From contig CAZPOV010000011.1 of NCBI GenBank assembly GCA_964588335.1, positions 6,784 to 70,783 of the forward strand: a DNA stretch of 64,000 nt. The letters are read 5' to 3'. Position 1 is the first letter of the stretch, and each line of letters starts with the position of its first letter. Made by a program: the position numbers and the translations under genes. Shown one piece after another: positions 9,354 to 19,588 of the stretch. The notes under the pieces are model-generated. The model searched no databases. It had not been told where the DNA came from and saw only the letters and a list, made by a program, of their open reading frames with translations. The stretch comes from an uncultured Pseudobdellovibrionaceae bacterium. Lineage in GTDB: Bacteria > Bdellovibrionota > Bdellovibrionia > Bdellovibrionales > JAGQZY01.

Positions 9354-9666
9354 TTCACTTTTGGTCATGTCCGGCTGTTTATTTTTATTAAATTTAGACA
9401 ATTAGAATAGCTACTCGGATCGGCCCAGACCTTTTATAAAATCTGTATATTATCAGGAGCATAGAGTAAACTAGACCTTTTTCTAGGTGAGTTATTTCCT
9501 GATAAAAATTCTGTCATAGCTTCGACTTTGGTCGAGTTAAATCTATAAAAATTCGAATATTAAACAGACTTGAGACCAGAAGATCTGGCTGTGAATTGAT
9601 AGACTCTCCGCACCCCTAATAGGCTTTTCTCTAGTTGGTACTAGACATTTATATAGGGGGACCTCA

Positions 9667-11124
9667 ATGAAAGCATTATTAACAATTGTGGCGCTACTGT
9701 TCGCAGTCAACGTGCAAGCGGCCGATGCCACTGGCTACTTGGTAAAATTGAAAAATTCAAGAAACATCCAAGCATTCGATTCGGAAATGAACCGTGCCGG
9801 TGTTGATTTAAAAGATTTGAATTTTAAAAATTGGGTTAAGCTGGATATCTCGGCGGAAGAGGCGGAGATGCTTCGTCAGCATCCTGACGTTGCCCATGTT
9901 GAAAAAAACATGGTTTTAAAATTACAAACCAACATTGAAGTTCACGATCCTATTTTACGCTCTCAAATTGAAGAGATGGCCGCTTACGAGCAATTGAGCG
10001 GAGCGCTTGCTCGTGGGGAAGACAATCCTGAGATTCCGTTAACTGTCACGGGTGGATCGGGCGCTGATCCTTTATGGAATAAGCAGTGGGGCATGCAAGA
10101 CAATGACGTTAAAGGCGCTTGGAATGTTGCCGGCACCAAGGGAAGTGAAGATATTGTTGTCGCCGTTATTGATACGGGTGTCGACTACACTCACGAGGAC
10201 CTTGTCGACAATATGTGGAGAAACCCGGGGGAGCTGGGCACTGATGCCAACGGAGTGAGTAAGGCCACCAATGGTATTGATGATGATGGCAACGGTTATA
10301 TTGATGATGTTGTCGGTTGGGACTTCGGCCGTGATGACAATAAACCCTACGATCTTCATAAAACCGGATTTCAACTTCTATTGGGAGGAAACCCCGGGCA
10401 CGGTACCCATGTGGCGGGCTGTGTGGCCGCGACCGGAGACAATGGTAAGGGAATTGCCGGTGTCGCTCCAAACGTGAAAATCATGGCCATGCGCTTTCTG
10501 ACAGAAGAGGGGCAGGGAACCACAGAGGGTGCCATTGGTGCCATCAAATATGCGGTCGATAACGGTGCTCACATCCTGCAAAATTCATGGGGAAGTGAAG
10601 GCGATGGCGGCGATCAAGAAGCCAGCCAAGCTTTACAAGATGCCATTCAATATTCACTCGACAAAGGACGTTTGTTTGTGGCGGCGGCAGGCAATGGTCA
10701 CCAGGGTGTGGGTTATGACAATGATACCGATGCCAAGCCGGCTTACCCAGCTTCTTACCCGCACGAAAACATTATTTCGGTTGCAGCCACCGACGTGAAC
10801 GATGCCTTGGGTGCATTTTCAAACTGGGGTCGAACCACTGTTGATATTGCGGCTCCTGGAGTGGCTGTGTTCTCAACGGTTCCCGATAACGTTTATCAAG
10901 ACACCGTCATTGATATCCCAGGGTTGATTACCGCGACTTGGGATGGAACTTCGATGGCGGCTCCGCATGTGTCGGGGGCGGCGGCATTATATATGTCAAA
11001 GTACCCCAATGCGGACTGGAGAGAGGTGAAGCAGGCGATCCTAAGCAGTGCCACTCCAATCAATGCCATGCAAAACAAGTCTGTTTCAAATGGTAAATTA
11101 AATGTACGAAACTTAGTTCAGTAA
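9667..11124 (+). CDS. secreted subtilisin-family (S8) serine protease with propeptide
   Basis: Signal peptide MKALLTIVALLFAVNVQA. Catalytic triad blocks VAVIDTGVDYTHEDL (D), GHGTHVAGCVAA (H) and GTSMAAPHVSGAAAL (S). Confidence 0.9.
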   Translation: MKALLTIVALLFAVNVQAADATGYLVKLKNSRNIQAFDSEMNRAGVDLKDLNFKNWVKLDISAEEAEMLRQHPDVAHVEKNMVLKLQTNIEVHDPILRSQIEEMAAYEQLSGALARGEDNPEIPLTVTGGSGADPLWNKQWGMQDNDVKGAWNVAGTKGSEDIVVAVIDTGVDYTHEDLVDNMWRNPGELGTDANGVSKATNGIDDDGNGYIDDVVGWDFGRDDNKPYDLHKTGFQLLLGGNPGHGTHVAGCVAATGDNGKGIAGVAPNVKIMAMRFLTEEGQGTTEGAIGAIKYAVDNGAHILQNSWGSEGDGGDQEASQALQDAIQYSLDKGRLFVAAAGNGHQGVGYDNDTDAKPAYPASYPHENIISVAATDVNDALGAFSNWGRTTVDIAAPGVAVFSTVPDNVYQDTVIDIPGLITATWDGTSMAAPHVSGAAALYMSKYPNADWREVKQAILSSATPINAMQNKSVSNGKLNVRNLVQ

Positions 11125-11167
11125 ATTTGTGGTTCGGGGCCATTGGCCCCCGCCACTGAAGAGATAC

Positions 11168-11194
11168 AAGCCCACCTTTGGTGGGCTTTTTTTT
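11168..11194 (+). terminator. rho-independent terminator after the S8 protease gene
   Basis: AAGCCCAC-ctttg-GTGGGCTT hairpin followed by a run of T. Confidence 0.8.
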
Positions 11195-11317
11195 GGCTGT
11201 GTGATCTTGTTATGAGGGGCTGTTGGCATTTCCTCGCTGGACTTTGGTTCGCTGGGCTCTCCTCCCTTAGTCTAAAAATCTTTGCTAAGAAAGCCGTAAT
11301 TTTGAGTTGCACAATCC

Positions 11318-12421
11318 TTGGAGTTTTTCAAAACAAGATTTTGCTATGATGATGAGGTGTCAATATTCCAGCGTTTTTCAGTCGTACTCGCCCTAAGTTT
11401 CACTCTGTTCGGATGTGGTGCCGAAGCAGACAAAAACTCAATCCAAGATGGTCAAGAACTGCCTTTGATTGCCGAACAACCTTTGGTTCGTGAGCCTAGT
11501 AGTGTGCCGCAAATTTGTTCGGCTTTGGACTTCGATGACGTTTCCTGGCCCAGTGATTACGTGGCCGCCGATGAGATGGCGTTTGCATTGGGGATGAATA
11601 TTACGGGCAGTTTCGAAGGACATGCGGGCTGGACCAACCTGTCCAATAACTTTGATGGTCAGGGTGTGAGCATGGGTATTCTCAATCAAAATTTAGGACA
11701 GGGAACTCTGCAACCATTGCTTATCAATCTGCGCGACAATAATAAGTCTGTTTTAGAAAATGCCATGACCCCTTCAATGCTCGATTCGCTGCTTGGTATG
11801 TTGGAGAAGTGGGAGCGTTCGAGTGACTCGGTCACGGCCGTCTCGGCCTTGGGTGAGGCGACCACGCAATCAAGACGTTTGGTGCTGAACCAAGACCCCA
11901 ATATAGACAAGAAGTACGCCTACGCCGGGATTCAAACACGCAGCAATTCGGCCAGTGTTCGATGGGCGAAGAAAACATTATACACCGATTCAGCAGGTCG
12001 AAATTTTAAATCGGCTTGGAAAACGGCATTGAAAGAAATTGCCGGCCATCCCGACTATGTGTCTCAGCAGATTGAGGCGGCTCAGTATATCCACGATCGG
12101 GCTTTAGATTACAAAGGGCGCTTGGGTTGGAAGCAGTTGCGGGCGTATCTATTTCTATTTGATATCGTTGTTCAAAATGGAAGCTTAAAGGATAAGCATT
12201 TTGAAGAGTACGAAGACTGGTTGGCCGAGCAAACCTCTCGAGTCACAGAAGAAGAGCAAATGCTTGAAATGCTTGAGATTCGTATCAAAGACGTGATTCC
12301 CAAATGGGCCAAAGATGTTCGCTCTCGCAAGCAAACTGTGATCTTAGGATCGGGATTTGTTCACGGTGAGGATCGCAATCTCCCCGTCGAGTACTGTTAT
12401 GATCCGATTTTCAAATATTAA
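11318..12421 (+). CDS. lipoprotein with lysozyme/chitosanase-like (GH46/GH108-style) motif
   Basis: Lipobox LALSFTLFGCGAE. A GTG at 11357 is a possible true start. SFEGHAGWTNLSNNFDGQGVSMGILNQ resembles the E-x(n)-DGxG(Y/V)(T/S)xG catalytic block of lysozyme-superfamily hydrolases. The function call is tentative. Confidence 0.45.
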   Translation: MEFFKTRFCYDDEVSIFQRFSVVLALSFTLFGCGAEADKNSIQDGQELPLIAEQPLVREPSSVPQICSALDFDDVSWPSDYVAADEMAFALGMNITGSFEGHAGWTNLSNNFDGQGVSMGILNQNLGQGTLQPLLINLRDNNKSVLENAMTPSMLDSLLGMLEKWERSSDSVTAVSALGEATTQSRRLVLNQDPNIDKKYAYAGIQTRSNSASVRWAKKTLYTDSAGRNFKSAWKTALKEIAGHPDYVSQQIEAAQYIHDRALDYKGRLGWKQLRAYLFLFDIVVQNGSLKDKHFEEYEDWLAEQTSRVTEEEQMLEMLEIRIKDVIPKWAKDVRSRKQTVILGSGFVHGEDRNLPVEYCYDPIFKY

Positions 12422-12629
12422 ATCCTAATCTTACAATTCTAAAAAAGCCTAGTTTTTTGTTCAAGTCTCATTAAACCATTCTCAAGCTTCTAATGAAAAT
12501 TATTATCAATTTTTACCCTCTCTAAGATTTTGACAGGCTATGCAAAGTGCCCCATTTGACTTGATATTTCGCCATTTTAAAGGGATGACAGAGGCAATGA
12601 AAACTTGCTGAGAATGAGGAGCACTGGGA

Positions 12630-13178
12630 ATGGCACAATCAAACCCTTTACCGGCCAATCAAGACATCGATGAACTTTCGAAGTCTTTTGCGTTTACCAC
12701 CAAGCTCGATGATCTCGTGGCCTGGGGTCGAAAAAATTCATTGTGGCCGATGCCATACGGAACCGCTTGTTGTGGAATTGAATTAATGTCCGTGATGGGG
12801 CCAAAATATGATTTGGCTCGCTTTGGGGCCGAGGTGGTTCGTTTTTCACCGAGGCAGGCCGATCTCCTATTAGTCGCGGGCACAATCACTGAAAAGATGG
12901 GACCTATTTTGGTCAATATTTATGAACAGATGCTCGAGCCCAAGTACGTCATTTCCATGGGGGCCTGCGCCAGTTCGGGTGGTTTTTATCGGGCTTACCA
13001 TGTGATGCAAGGAATTGATCGAGTGATACCTGTGGACGTTTATGTTCCAGGTTGTCCTCCCACTCCCGAGGCCGTCCTTGATGGAGTGATAGCTTTACAG
13101 AAAATGATCGCGGACCATAAGCCAAGACCTTGGCGAGACAACTGGGTGAATCCATATGAACAAAGTGCAAAATACTAA
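12630..13178 (+). CDS. nuoB: NADH-quinone oxidoreductase subunit B
   Basis: [23 protein letters not shown] and VPGCPPTPE (N2 cluster ligands). Confidence 0.9.
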   Translation: MAQSNPLPANQDIDELSKSFAFTTKLDDLVAWGRKNSLWPMPYGTACCGIELMSVMGPKYDLARFGAEVVRFSPRQADLLLVAGTITEKMGPILVNIYEQMLEPKYVISMGACASSGGFYRAYHVMQGIDRVIPVDVYVPGCPPTPEAVLDGVIALQKMIADHKPRPWRDNWVNPYEQSAKY

Positions 13179-14847
13179 CTTAAAAGCGGATCTCGAAACA
13201 CAATTCAAGTCAGAGTCGCCTCAGTGGAATTGGACGCAGTCTTACGGCGCTGAAATTCTAGAAATTCCAGCCGGGCACGTTCTCTCTGTCTTTGGTTTTC
13301 TAAAGAGTTCAGGAAATTTTGATTTCCTTATGGACATTACGGCGGTGGACTATCCGGGCCGCGAAAAGCGTTTCGAAGTGGTTTATGAACTTCTAAACAC
13401 AACAAGCTTCCAGCGCCTTCGAATCAAAGTTCTTTTGGGACTTGAAGAAGAGGTTCCCACTTTAACAAAAATTTGGAAAGGGGCCGATTGGTTTGAGCGC
13501 GAAGTCTATGACATGTTCGGTATCAAATTCACTGGTCACTTAAACATGCGTCGTATTCTGACTCACCATCAATTCGTCGGTCATCCCTTGCGCAAAGACT
13601 ACGATGCCGATCACCAACAGCCTTGCGACACGCCGTTGCCGATTCATTTCGACAACGACCCCGATTATAAAGAGTCTGATGAAGAAGGTTTGGTGGCTTT
13701 GAATATCGGTCCCTCTCATCCCGCCACCCATGGAACTCTGCGGGTGATGGCTGAATTGAAAGGCGAGTACATCAACCGAGCCAATGTTGAGCTTGGTTAT
13801 CTGCACCGGTGTTTTGAAAAAATGGCCGAGACCCACGAATACAATCAAGTGATTCCTTACACCGATCGTTTGAATTACTGTTCGGCGCCGATCAACAACG
13901 TCGGTTATTGCAAAGCGGTTGAAAAATTGTTGGATGTGGAAATTCCACCCAAAGCCCAAGCGATTCGTGTGGTGCTCTGTGAGTTGTCTCGGTTCATCGA
14001 TCATGTGGTGTGTATTGGCGCCAACGCCGTTGACCTTGGTGCTTTAACCGGGTTCTTTCACCTTTTCTCTTTACGTGAAAAAGTTTACACGCTTTTTGAA
14101 AAACTTTGTGGAGCTCGCCTAACAGTCTCAATGACTCGGGTGGGGGGAATGGCGCAAGACCCTCCAGAGGGATGGTATGACGACGTTCTAGAAACTTGCA
14201 AAGAGCTGCGCCAAGGTGTGGCCAACATCGAAAGACTTTTAAGCCGTAATAAAATCTGGTTACAAAGAACGGTGGGAGTCGGTGCGATTTCAGCAGAAGA
14301 CGCTATTGAATGGGGCTACACAGGACCGTGTTTACGAGCCGCTGGTGTGCCAATGGATCTGCGCAAAGATCAGCCTTATTATATGTATGACCAGTTGGAC
14401 TTTGATGTCCCTATTGGTTCGACCGGTGATGTTTATGAAAGATATTTGGTTCGTATCGAAGAGATGAAGCAATCGGTAAAAATTGTCGAGCAGGTTTGTA
14501 AAAACATTCCTGAAGGCGACTACACCATTCGCGATAAGCGCATTGTGTTGCCGGAAAAGAAAGATGTTTACGGAAATATCGAAGGTTTGATGAACCATTT
14601 TATGTTGGTGATCAACGGTATTCGACCGCCAGCCGGTGAAGTCTATGACTATACTGAGGCGGCGAATGGCGAACTTGGATTTTATTTGGTCAGCGATGGC
14701 AGTGGCGCTCCCTATCGGTTGAAAGTGCGTCCACCCTGTTTTGCCATTTATCAATCCTTCCCGGGACAAATTCAGGGGGGCTTGGTGGCCGATGTTATTG
14801 CGATTTTAGGAAGTATGAATCTGATTGCTGGCGAATTGGATCGTTAG
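13156..14847 (+). CDS. nuoCD: NADH-quinone oxidoreductase fused subunit C/D
   Basis: 563 aa. The NuoC part contains [14 protein letters not shown]. The NuoD part contains [23 protein letters not shown] and a C-terminal LIAGELDR. Confidence 0.9.
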   Translation: MNKVQNTNLKADLETQFKSESPQWNWTQSYGAEILEIPAGHVLSVFGFLKSSGNFDFLMDITAVDYPGREKRFEVVYELLNTTSFQRLRIKVLLGLEEEVPTLTKIWKGADWFEREVYDMFGIKFTGHLNMRRILTHHQFVGHPLRKDYDADHQQPCDTPLPIHFDNDPDYKESDEEGLVALNIGPSHPATHGTLRVMAELKGEYINRANVELGYLHRCFEKMAETHEYNQVIPYTDRLNYCSAPINNVGYCKAVEKLLDVEIPPKAQAIRVVLCELSRFIDHVVCIGANAVDLGALTGFFHLFSLREKVYTLFEKLCGARLTVSMTRVGGMAQDPPEGWYDDVLETCKELRQGVANIERLLSRNKIWLQRTVGVGAISAEDAIEWGYTGPCLRAAGVPMDLRKDQPYYMYDQLDFDVPIGSTGDVYERYLVRIEEMKQSVKIVEQVCKNIPEGDYTIRDKRIVLPEKKDVYGNIEGLMNHFMLVINGIRPPAGEVYDYTEAANGELGFYLVSDGSGAPYRLKVRPPCFAIYQSFPGQIQGGLVADVIAILGSMNLIAGELDR

Positions 14848-14856
14848 AGGTAAAAA

Positions 14857-15330
14857 ATGTTTGAGTTGTCTGCAGATGGAAAAGAATTTGTGAAAAAGGA
14901 ACTGGCCCGCTACGAAACGGTGGAGTCCGCGATTATTCCCTCTCTCTATCAAGTGCAAAAGGAAAACGGTGGCTGGGTCTCTGAAGACGCGATCGCCCAT
15001 TTGAGCGACCTTATGGGAATTCCCGAAGCTCGGATCAACGAGGTTTTCCATTTCTACACGATGTTCAACAAAAAGCCGGTGGGTAAGTATCATGTGCAGG
15101 TGTGTTGCAACGTCGCCTGTGCCATGGCAGGAACTCGAGAGATGACGGACATGTTCCTTGATGAGCATAATGTCAAAGAGGGTGAAATGACCGAAGACGG
15201 TCGCTTTACCTTCACCCGGGTCGAGTGCCTTGGAGCTTGTGATAAGGCTCCGATGATGCAAGTGAATGAAGATTATTATGAAGATTTAACGCCCGAGTCG
15301 GCGCGCAACTTGTTAAGGGATCTGAAGTAA
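14857..15330 (+). CDS. nuoE: NADH-quinone oxidoreductase subunit E
   Basis: 2Fe-2S ligand blocks VQVCCNVACAMAG and ECLGACDKAP. Stop/start TAATG coupling with nuoF. Confidence 0.9.
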   Translation: MFELSADGKEFVKKELARYETVESAIIPSLYQVQKENGGWVSEDAIAHLSDLMGIPEARINEVFHFYTMFNKKPVGKYHVQVCCNVACAMAGTREMTDMFLDEHNVKEGEMTEDGRFTFTRVECLGACDKAPMMQVNEDYYEDLTPESARNLLRDLK

Positions 15331-16604
15331 TGGAAGTGAAAATTCTAACCGAACATTATGACGATGATAATTTTAGAACTTTAGAAGGTTATAAAGCCAA
15401 AGGTGGCTACGCCGAGCTTGAAAAAGCCTTTAAAATGAAACCGGAAGACATTGTCGCAGAGGTTAAAGCTTCAGGGCTGCGTGGCCGAGGCGGAGCCGGA
15501 TTCCCGACCGGTGTGAAGTGGGGATTTTTGCCAAACAACGGCGAGACTCGTTACCTTCTTTGTAATGCTGACGAAGGTGAGCCCTGTACTTTTAAAGACC
15601 GTATGATGATGGAACGAGCGCCGCACCAGTTGATTGAGGGCATGATTATTTCAGCCTTCGCCATATCATCTCCGAAAAGTTACATTTATATTCGCGGTGA
15701 GTACGTCTACGCGGCGAAAGTTGTGGAGAAGGCGATCAAGGAGGCCTACGATGCTGGCCTTTTAGGAAAAAATATCATGGGCAGTGGATTCGACCACGAC
15801 ATGGACATTTACTTAGGAGCGGGAGCTTACATTTGCGGTGAAGAGACCGGGATGATTTCTTCTCTGGAGGGTAAAAAAGGTCAACCCAAGTTAAAACCTC
15901 CATTTCCAGCGGTGCAAGGTTATTTAAAAAAACCAACCATCGTTAACAATGTGGAAACTTTGGCGGCTGTTAAGTACATCATTCGCGATGGTGCCGAGGC
16001 CTACAAAAAACACGGCACCGAAAAATCGGCTGGGACTAAATTATTCTCTGTCGCCGGAGACGTGAATAAGCCAGGAAACTATGAAGTTCCACTGGGTTAC
16101 CCGTTAATGGACCTGATCAATAACGAGTGTGGCGGAATGAAAGGCGGGGAGCTTAAAGCGGCGATTCCAGGAGGAACCTCAGCTCCGATCATCACCGCCG
16201 AAGAAATTAAAAAAGCGACTCTTGATTATGAGTGTTTGGCCGAGATGGGAACCATGTTGGGCTCAGGCTCCATCGTTATCATGAACGATAAGCGTTGTAT
16301 GGTCGACATGCTTAAAGTGATCTCCCATTTTTATCATCATGAATCCTGTGGTCAGTGCACCCCTTGCCGTGAAGGAACCGGCTGGCTCCATAAATTGGTG
16401 GGCAGCGTTGTCGAGGGAACAGCCAAAGAGACTGATATTGATTTGTTGTGTGAAGTGGCTAACAAGATGAAGGGGCGCACCATCTGTGCTTTATCGGATG
16501 CGGCCGCTCTTCCTGTTTTGGGTATTGTTCCCAAGTTTCGTGACGAGTTTCAGTTCTTCATCCGAGAAGGTTATTCTAAAGTTAAAGGACAGGCCCATGC
16601 TTAA
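15330..16604 (+). CDS. nuoF: NADH-quinone oxidoreductase subunit F
   Basis: GLRGRGGAGFPTG (FMN/NADH site) and ESCGQCTPCREG (4Fe-4S). Confidence 0.9.
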   Translation: MEVKILTEHYDDDNFRTLEGYKAKGGYAELEKAFKMKPEDIVAEVKASGLRGRGGAGFPTGVKWGFLPNNGETRYLLCNADEGEPCTFKDRMMMERAPHQLIEGMIISAFAISSPKSYIYIRGEYVYAAKVVEKAIKEAYDAGLLGKNIMGSGFDHDMDIYLGAGAYICGEETGMISSLEGKKGQPKLKPPFPAVQGYLKKPTIVNNVETLAAVKYIIRDGAEAYKKHGTEKSAGTKLFSVAGDVNKPGNYEVPLGYPLMDLINNECGGMKGGELKAAIPGGTSAPIITAEEIKKATLDYECLAEMGTMLGSGSIVIMNDKRCMVDMLKVISHFYHHESCGQCTPCREGTGWLHKLVGSVVEGTAKETDIDLLCEVANKMKGRTICALSDAAALPVLGIVPKFRDEFQFFIREGYSKVKGQAHA

Positions 16605-18165
16605 GTGCAAAATTAATGGCAAAGAAGTTGAAGTTGAAGAAGGCACCTCAATTATTGAAGCCTTTAAAAAAGCCGATCAGGATATTGCCCACTATTGCTG
16701 GCACCCCGGACTCAGTGTGGCTGGAGTTTGTCGCCTTTGCATGGTCGAAATCGAAGGCAATCCAAGACTGCAAATTGCCTGCAACACTCCTGTGACTGAG
16801 GGCATGGTGGTTACTAACCAAAGTGAGATGGTGAAAGACGCGGTCAAATGGGGTCTCGATTTTCATTTGATCAATCACCCGCTGGATTGTCCGATTTGTG
16901 ACCAAGCCGGTGAATGCGGTTTGCAAGATCAGTACATGCAGTTTGGCCGTTACGATTCTGAAATGGGTCAGCCGAAAGTCAAAAAGAAAAAAGTTGTGGA
17001 CCTTGGTTCGAAAATCGTTTTGGATTCTGAGCGCTGTATTCTTTGTTCTCGTTGTGTGCGTTTTACTGAAGAAGTGTCTAAGACCAATGAGCTTGGAATC
17101 TTCAATCGTGGCGATCATTCGGAGATTGGCACTTACGCTGGAAAACCGCTGGAGAACGATTACTCCGTCAATACGGTTGATATTTGCCCGGTCGGTGCTC
17201 TAACATCGAAAGAGTTCCGTTTCCGACAACGAGTTTGGTTTTTAAAGGACAAGCCGTCTGTTTGTACGGGATGTTCCACAGGCTGTCATGTCGACGTCTA
17301 TTTCAATAAAGAAGGTTTGTGGCGAGTCAAACCCAGATACTCGGAAGTCAACGGGTACTGGATGTGTGATGAAGGTCGAAAGATTTTTAAATCCACCAAT
17401 GTCATGACCACAGAGTTTGTTGGTGAGCGTGATGATAACAAAAAACGAGCCATCAAAAAAGAAAACCGTCTGACTCAAGCGATTCATAAAGAAAATGGTA
17501 AAACTGTTTACAAGACGGCCCTGGACTCGTTGGGGCAGTTGCGGGAAAAAATGAGCGGTGTCAAAAAAGCGGCTTTGGTTTTAACCGGGCAGTACACCTC
17601 CGAAGAATACAATGACTTGCTTGGCTTTTGGAAAGGCAAGTTTGGCACGGACAACGTTTATCACTGGATCAATCATGAGAATCAAATGAATGAATTTGAT
17701 GGGTTGTTGATTCGTGGAGATAAAAATCCGAACACCAAAGGTTTACAACAGGCTTTAGAAAAGGCAAGAATCACTGCTAAAAAAGATGTAACAAGTATTA
17801 AGGATATGGATCTTGTGGTGGTTGCTGGTCCTGAGAACACTTGGACCTTTGACGATATCCCAAGTGTGGCACAGGCCTTGGCGAACAATAAATTGGTGGT
17901 TTGGATGTCAGCCACCCATGTCGAACCCGCGGAGCAAGCCGGTGGGGCTTTTCACTTTTTACCAGTGAAGACTTTTGCCGAAAAGTCGGGGACTTTTGTC
18001 AACTTTGAAGGGAAAGAGCAGAAGTTCGAAAAAGTCGATATCTTTGTCGAACAGGCTTTAAGCCTTTCGGAAATCACCACCGTCTTAAAAGGTGACTTTG
18101 TTAATTTAGATCCTGTGAATCAGACTGAAAGAATTCACAATGAATTCGTACATGAGAGAGGATAG
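16597..18165 (+). CDS. nuoG: NADH-quinone oxidoreductase subunit G (short form)
   Basis: MLKCKINGKEVEVEEGTSI, CWHPGLSVAGVCRLCMVE, HPLDCPICDQAGEC and CILCSRCVRF. The ATG at 16597 overlaps the nuoF stop by 8 nt. The tracked start at 16486 lies inside nuoF. Confidence 0.85.
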   Translation: MLKCKINGKEVEVEEGTSIIEAFKKADQDIAHYCWHPGLSVAGVCRLCMVEIEGNPRLQIACNTPVTEGMVVTNQSEMVKDAVKWGLDFHLINHPLDCPICDQAGECGLQDQYMQFGRYDSEMGQPKVKKKKVVDLGSKIVLDSERCILCSRCVRFTEEVSKTNELGIFNRGDHSEIGTYAGKPLENDYSVNTVDICPVGALTSKEFRFRQRVWFLKDKPSVCTGCSTGCHVDVYFNKEGLWRVKPRYSEVNGYWMCDEGRKIFKSTNVMTTEFVGERDDNKKRAIKKENRLTQAIHKENGKTVYKTALDSLGQLREKMSGVKKAALVLTGQYTSEEYNDLLGFWKGKFGTDNVYHWINHENQMNEFDGLLIRGDKNPNTKGLQQALEKARITAKKDVTSIKDMDLVVVAGPENTWTFDDIPSVAQALANNKLVVWMSATHVEPAEQAGGAFHFLPVKTFAEKSGTFVNFEGKEQKFEKVDIFVEQALSLSEITTVLKGDFVNLDPVNQTERIHNEFVHERG

Positions 18166-18167
18166 TT

Positions 18168-18704
18168 ATGGCCGTTGTTAAAGTTCAAAAACCGAATGTG
18201 AACAGTCTTTGGTATTTACCGGGGATTTTCTCTGGAATGGGCTTCACTTTCAGCACCATGTTGAAAAACCTTTTTAATAAAAAGAAAATGGCGACCCTTA
18301 ATTATCCAGAGCAAAAATATGAATACTCCGCTCGTTTCAAGGGAAACCATGTTTTAACAGTCAAAGAAGATGGCGATATTCGCTGTACGGCTTGTATGCT
18401 GTGTGCGACAGCGTGTCCGGCGGACTGTATTACCATTGTTGCCTCAGAAGATGAGGACCCCAGTGTTGAGAAGTATCCCATTAACTACGAGATCGACATG
18501 CTCCGTTGCGTGTTCTGTGGTTATTGCGAGGAGGCTTGTCCGGTCGATGCCATCCGCATGGGGCCTGAGTGGCAAACTCCAGGAAACAATGGCGACAATT
18601 TTGTTTATGACATTCGCCACCTGGCTTACCGTGAGAACCTTAACGACGGTAAAGGTGTTCCCTCGGTGGTCTCTGATAAAGATCGTCATAAAATGGGAAT
18701 CTAA
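18168..18704 (+). CDS. nuoI: NADH-quinone oxidoreductase subunit I
   Basis: Two ferredoxin-type 4Fe-4S motifs, CTACMLCATACP and CVFCGYCEEACP. Confidence 0.9.
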   Translation: MAVVKVQKPNVNSLWYLPGIFSGMGFTFSTMLKNLFNKKKMATLNYPEQKYEYSARFKGNHVLTVKEDGDIRCTACMLCATACPADCITIVASEDEDPSVEKYPINYEIDMLRCVFCGYCEEACPVDAIRMGPEWQTPGNNGDNFVYDIRHLAYRENLNDGKGVPSVVSDKDRHKMGI

Positions 18705-18836
18705 TTTTTCTTAACACGGAATCAACAAGTCAGAACTTGATAGGGGTCGTCGATGGCAAGGGCGGCTCTCAACAGACTTGTTGATGTCTATTTTAGATCA
18801 AAACAAAAAACAATTCCTTGGACTAATGATCAGCCA

Positions 18837-19337
18837 TCAGCTGCCGGGATTTGTTGTATCAAAATCCGGATTGTAAAACGTGGATTGGCAAGCCCCTCGA
18901 TAGGTGACCAATTCGTTGATCGTGATGGTGGTGCCAGCGGTGTTGAGAGTGCCATCCCACTGTCGAACAATGCTGCAGTTCGAAATATTCACATTGGTTT
19001 TAACGGCCTGCAGGTCGGTCCCAGCCACCTGCATTTCCAGAAGGAATTGACTGCTTTGGTACTGATTCACAAAAATCTGTAATAAGTTGTCCACACGTTT
19101 GGCGCGACTCACCAGAGTCGTAAAAGAATCGGTGTTGATATTGGGGCAGTCGGTGTCATTAAAAACGCGGGTTCTTGAAAGGTTGGTGACATTGAAATCA
19201 CCCGCCGGACTGGTACCAAGTTCATAGGTGTCGGTTTGGTCAATACTGCAAAAAACCGGGCCGTCGATTTCATCGTTGTTGACCGCACAAGCCGATAATA
19301 AAAATACAACACCTAAGAGGATTCGAACACGCATCAT
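18837..19337 (-). CDS. hypothetical lipoprotein
   Basis: Signal peptide plus lipobox MMRVRILLGVVFLLSACAV. Several Cys pairs. No family recognised. Confidence 0.55.
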   Translation of the reverse strand: MMRVRILLGVVFLLSACAVNNDEIDGPVFCSIDQTDTYELGTSPAGDFNVTNLSRTRVFNDTDCPNINTDSFTTLVSRAKRVDNLLQIFVNQYQSSQFLLEMQVAGTDLQAVKTNVNISNCSIVRQWDGTLNTAGTTITINELVTYRGACQSTFYNPDFDTTNPGS

Positions 19338-19588
19338 TCTATTTTAGATAAGCATTGGCAGGGTCGCAAAGTAAAGCCCTTTTTTGTAACATAAGTGTTG
19401 TTATCTCAAACTTTTGGGCAGTCCAGTCCTGTCCCTAAGTTTGGTTCAAAATGATTCGTCGCAAATAACCAGGAGCTATTAAATGGACTTTCAGACTTCA
19501 TTTGAAGAATCTCCAGATCTCGATGGTTTCATTGGTGGAGTTTGTTAAAATTAACTCTTAGGACAACATTCATAGGTGGGGGAATCGA

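Noticed and set aside
9354-9666. Possible c-di-GMP (GEMM-I) riboswitch in the 313-nt leader of the S8 protease gene
   Set aside because: There is no ACGCAAAGC core or paired GNRA-tetraloop/receptor hairpins. Only short 5-bp hairpins were seen.
10052-10798. Cluster of 60-100-aa ORFs on both strands inside the S8 protease gene
   Set aside because: All are nested within a well-supported protease ORF, and their products are low-complexity or His/Arg-rich. They are typical shadow ORFs.
12422-12629. Search for a missed nuoA upstream of nuoB
   Set aside because: The 208-nt spacer has no ORF of suitable size or hydrophobicity in any plus-strand frame, so nuoA is genuinely absent here.
16486-16596. 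N-terminal 37-codon extension of the tracked nuoG ORF
   Set aside because: It lies entirely inside nuoF in another frame. The canonical NuoG N-terminus (MLKCKINGKEV) starts at the ATG at 16597, overlapping the nuoF stop.
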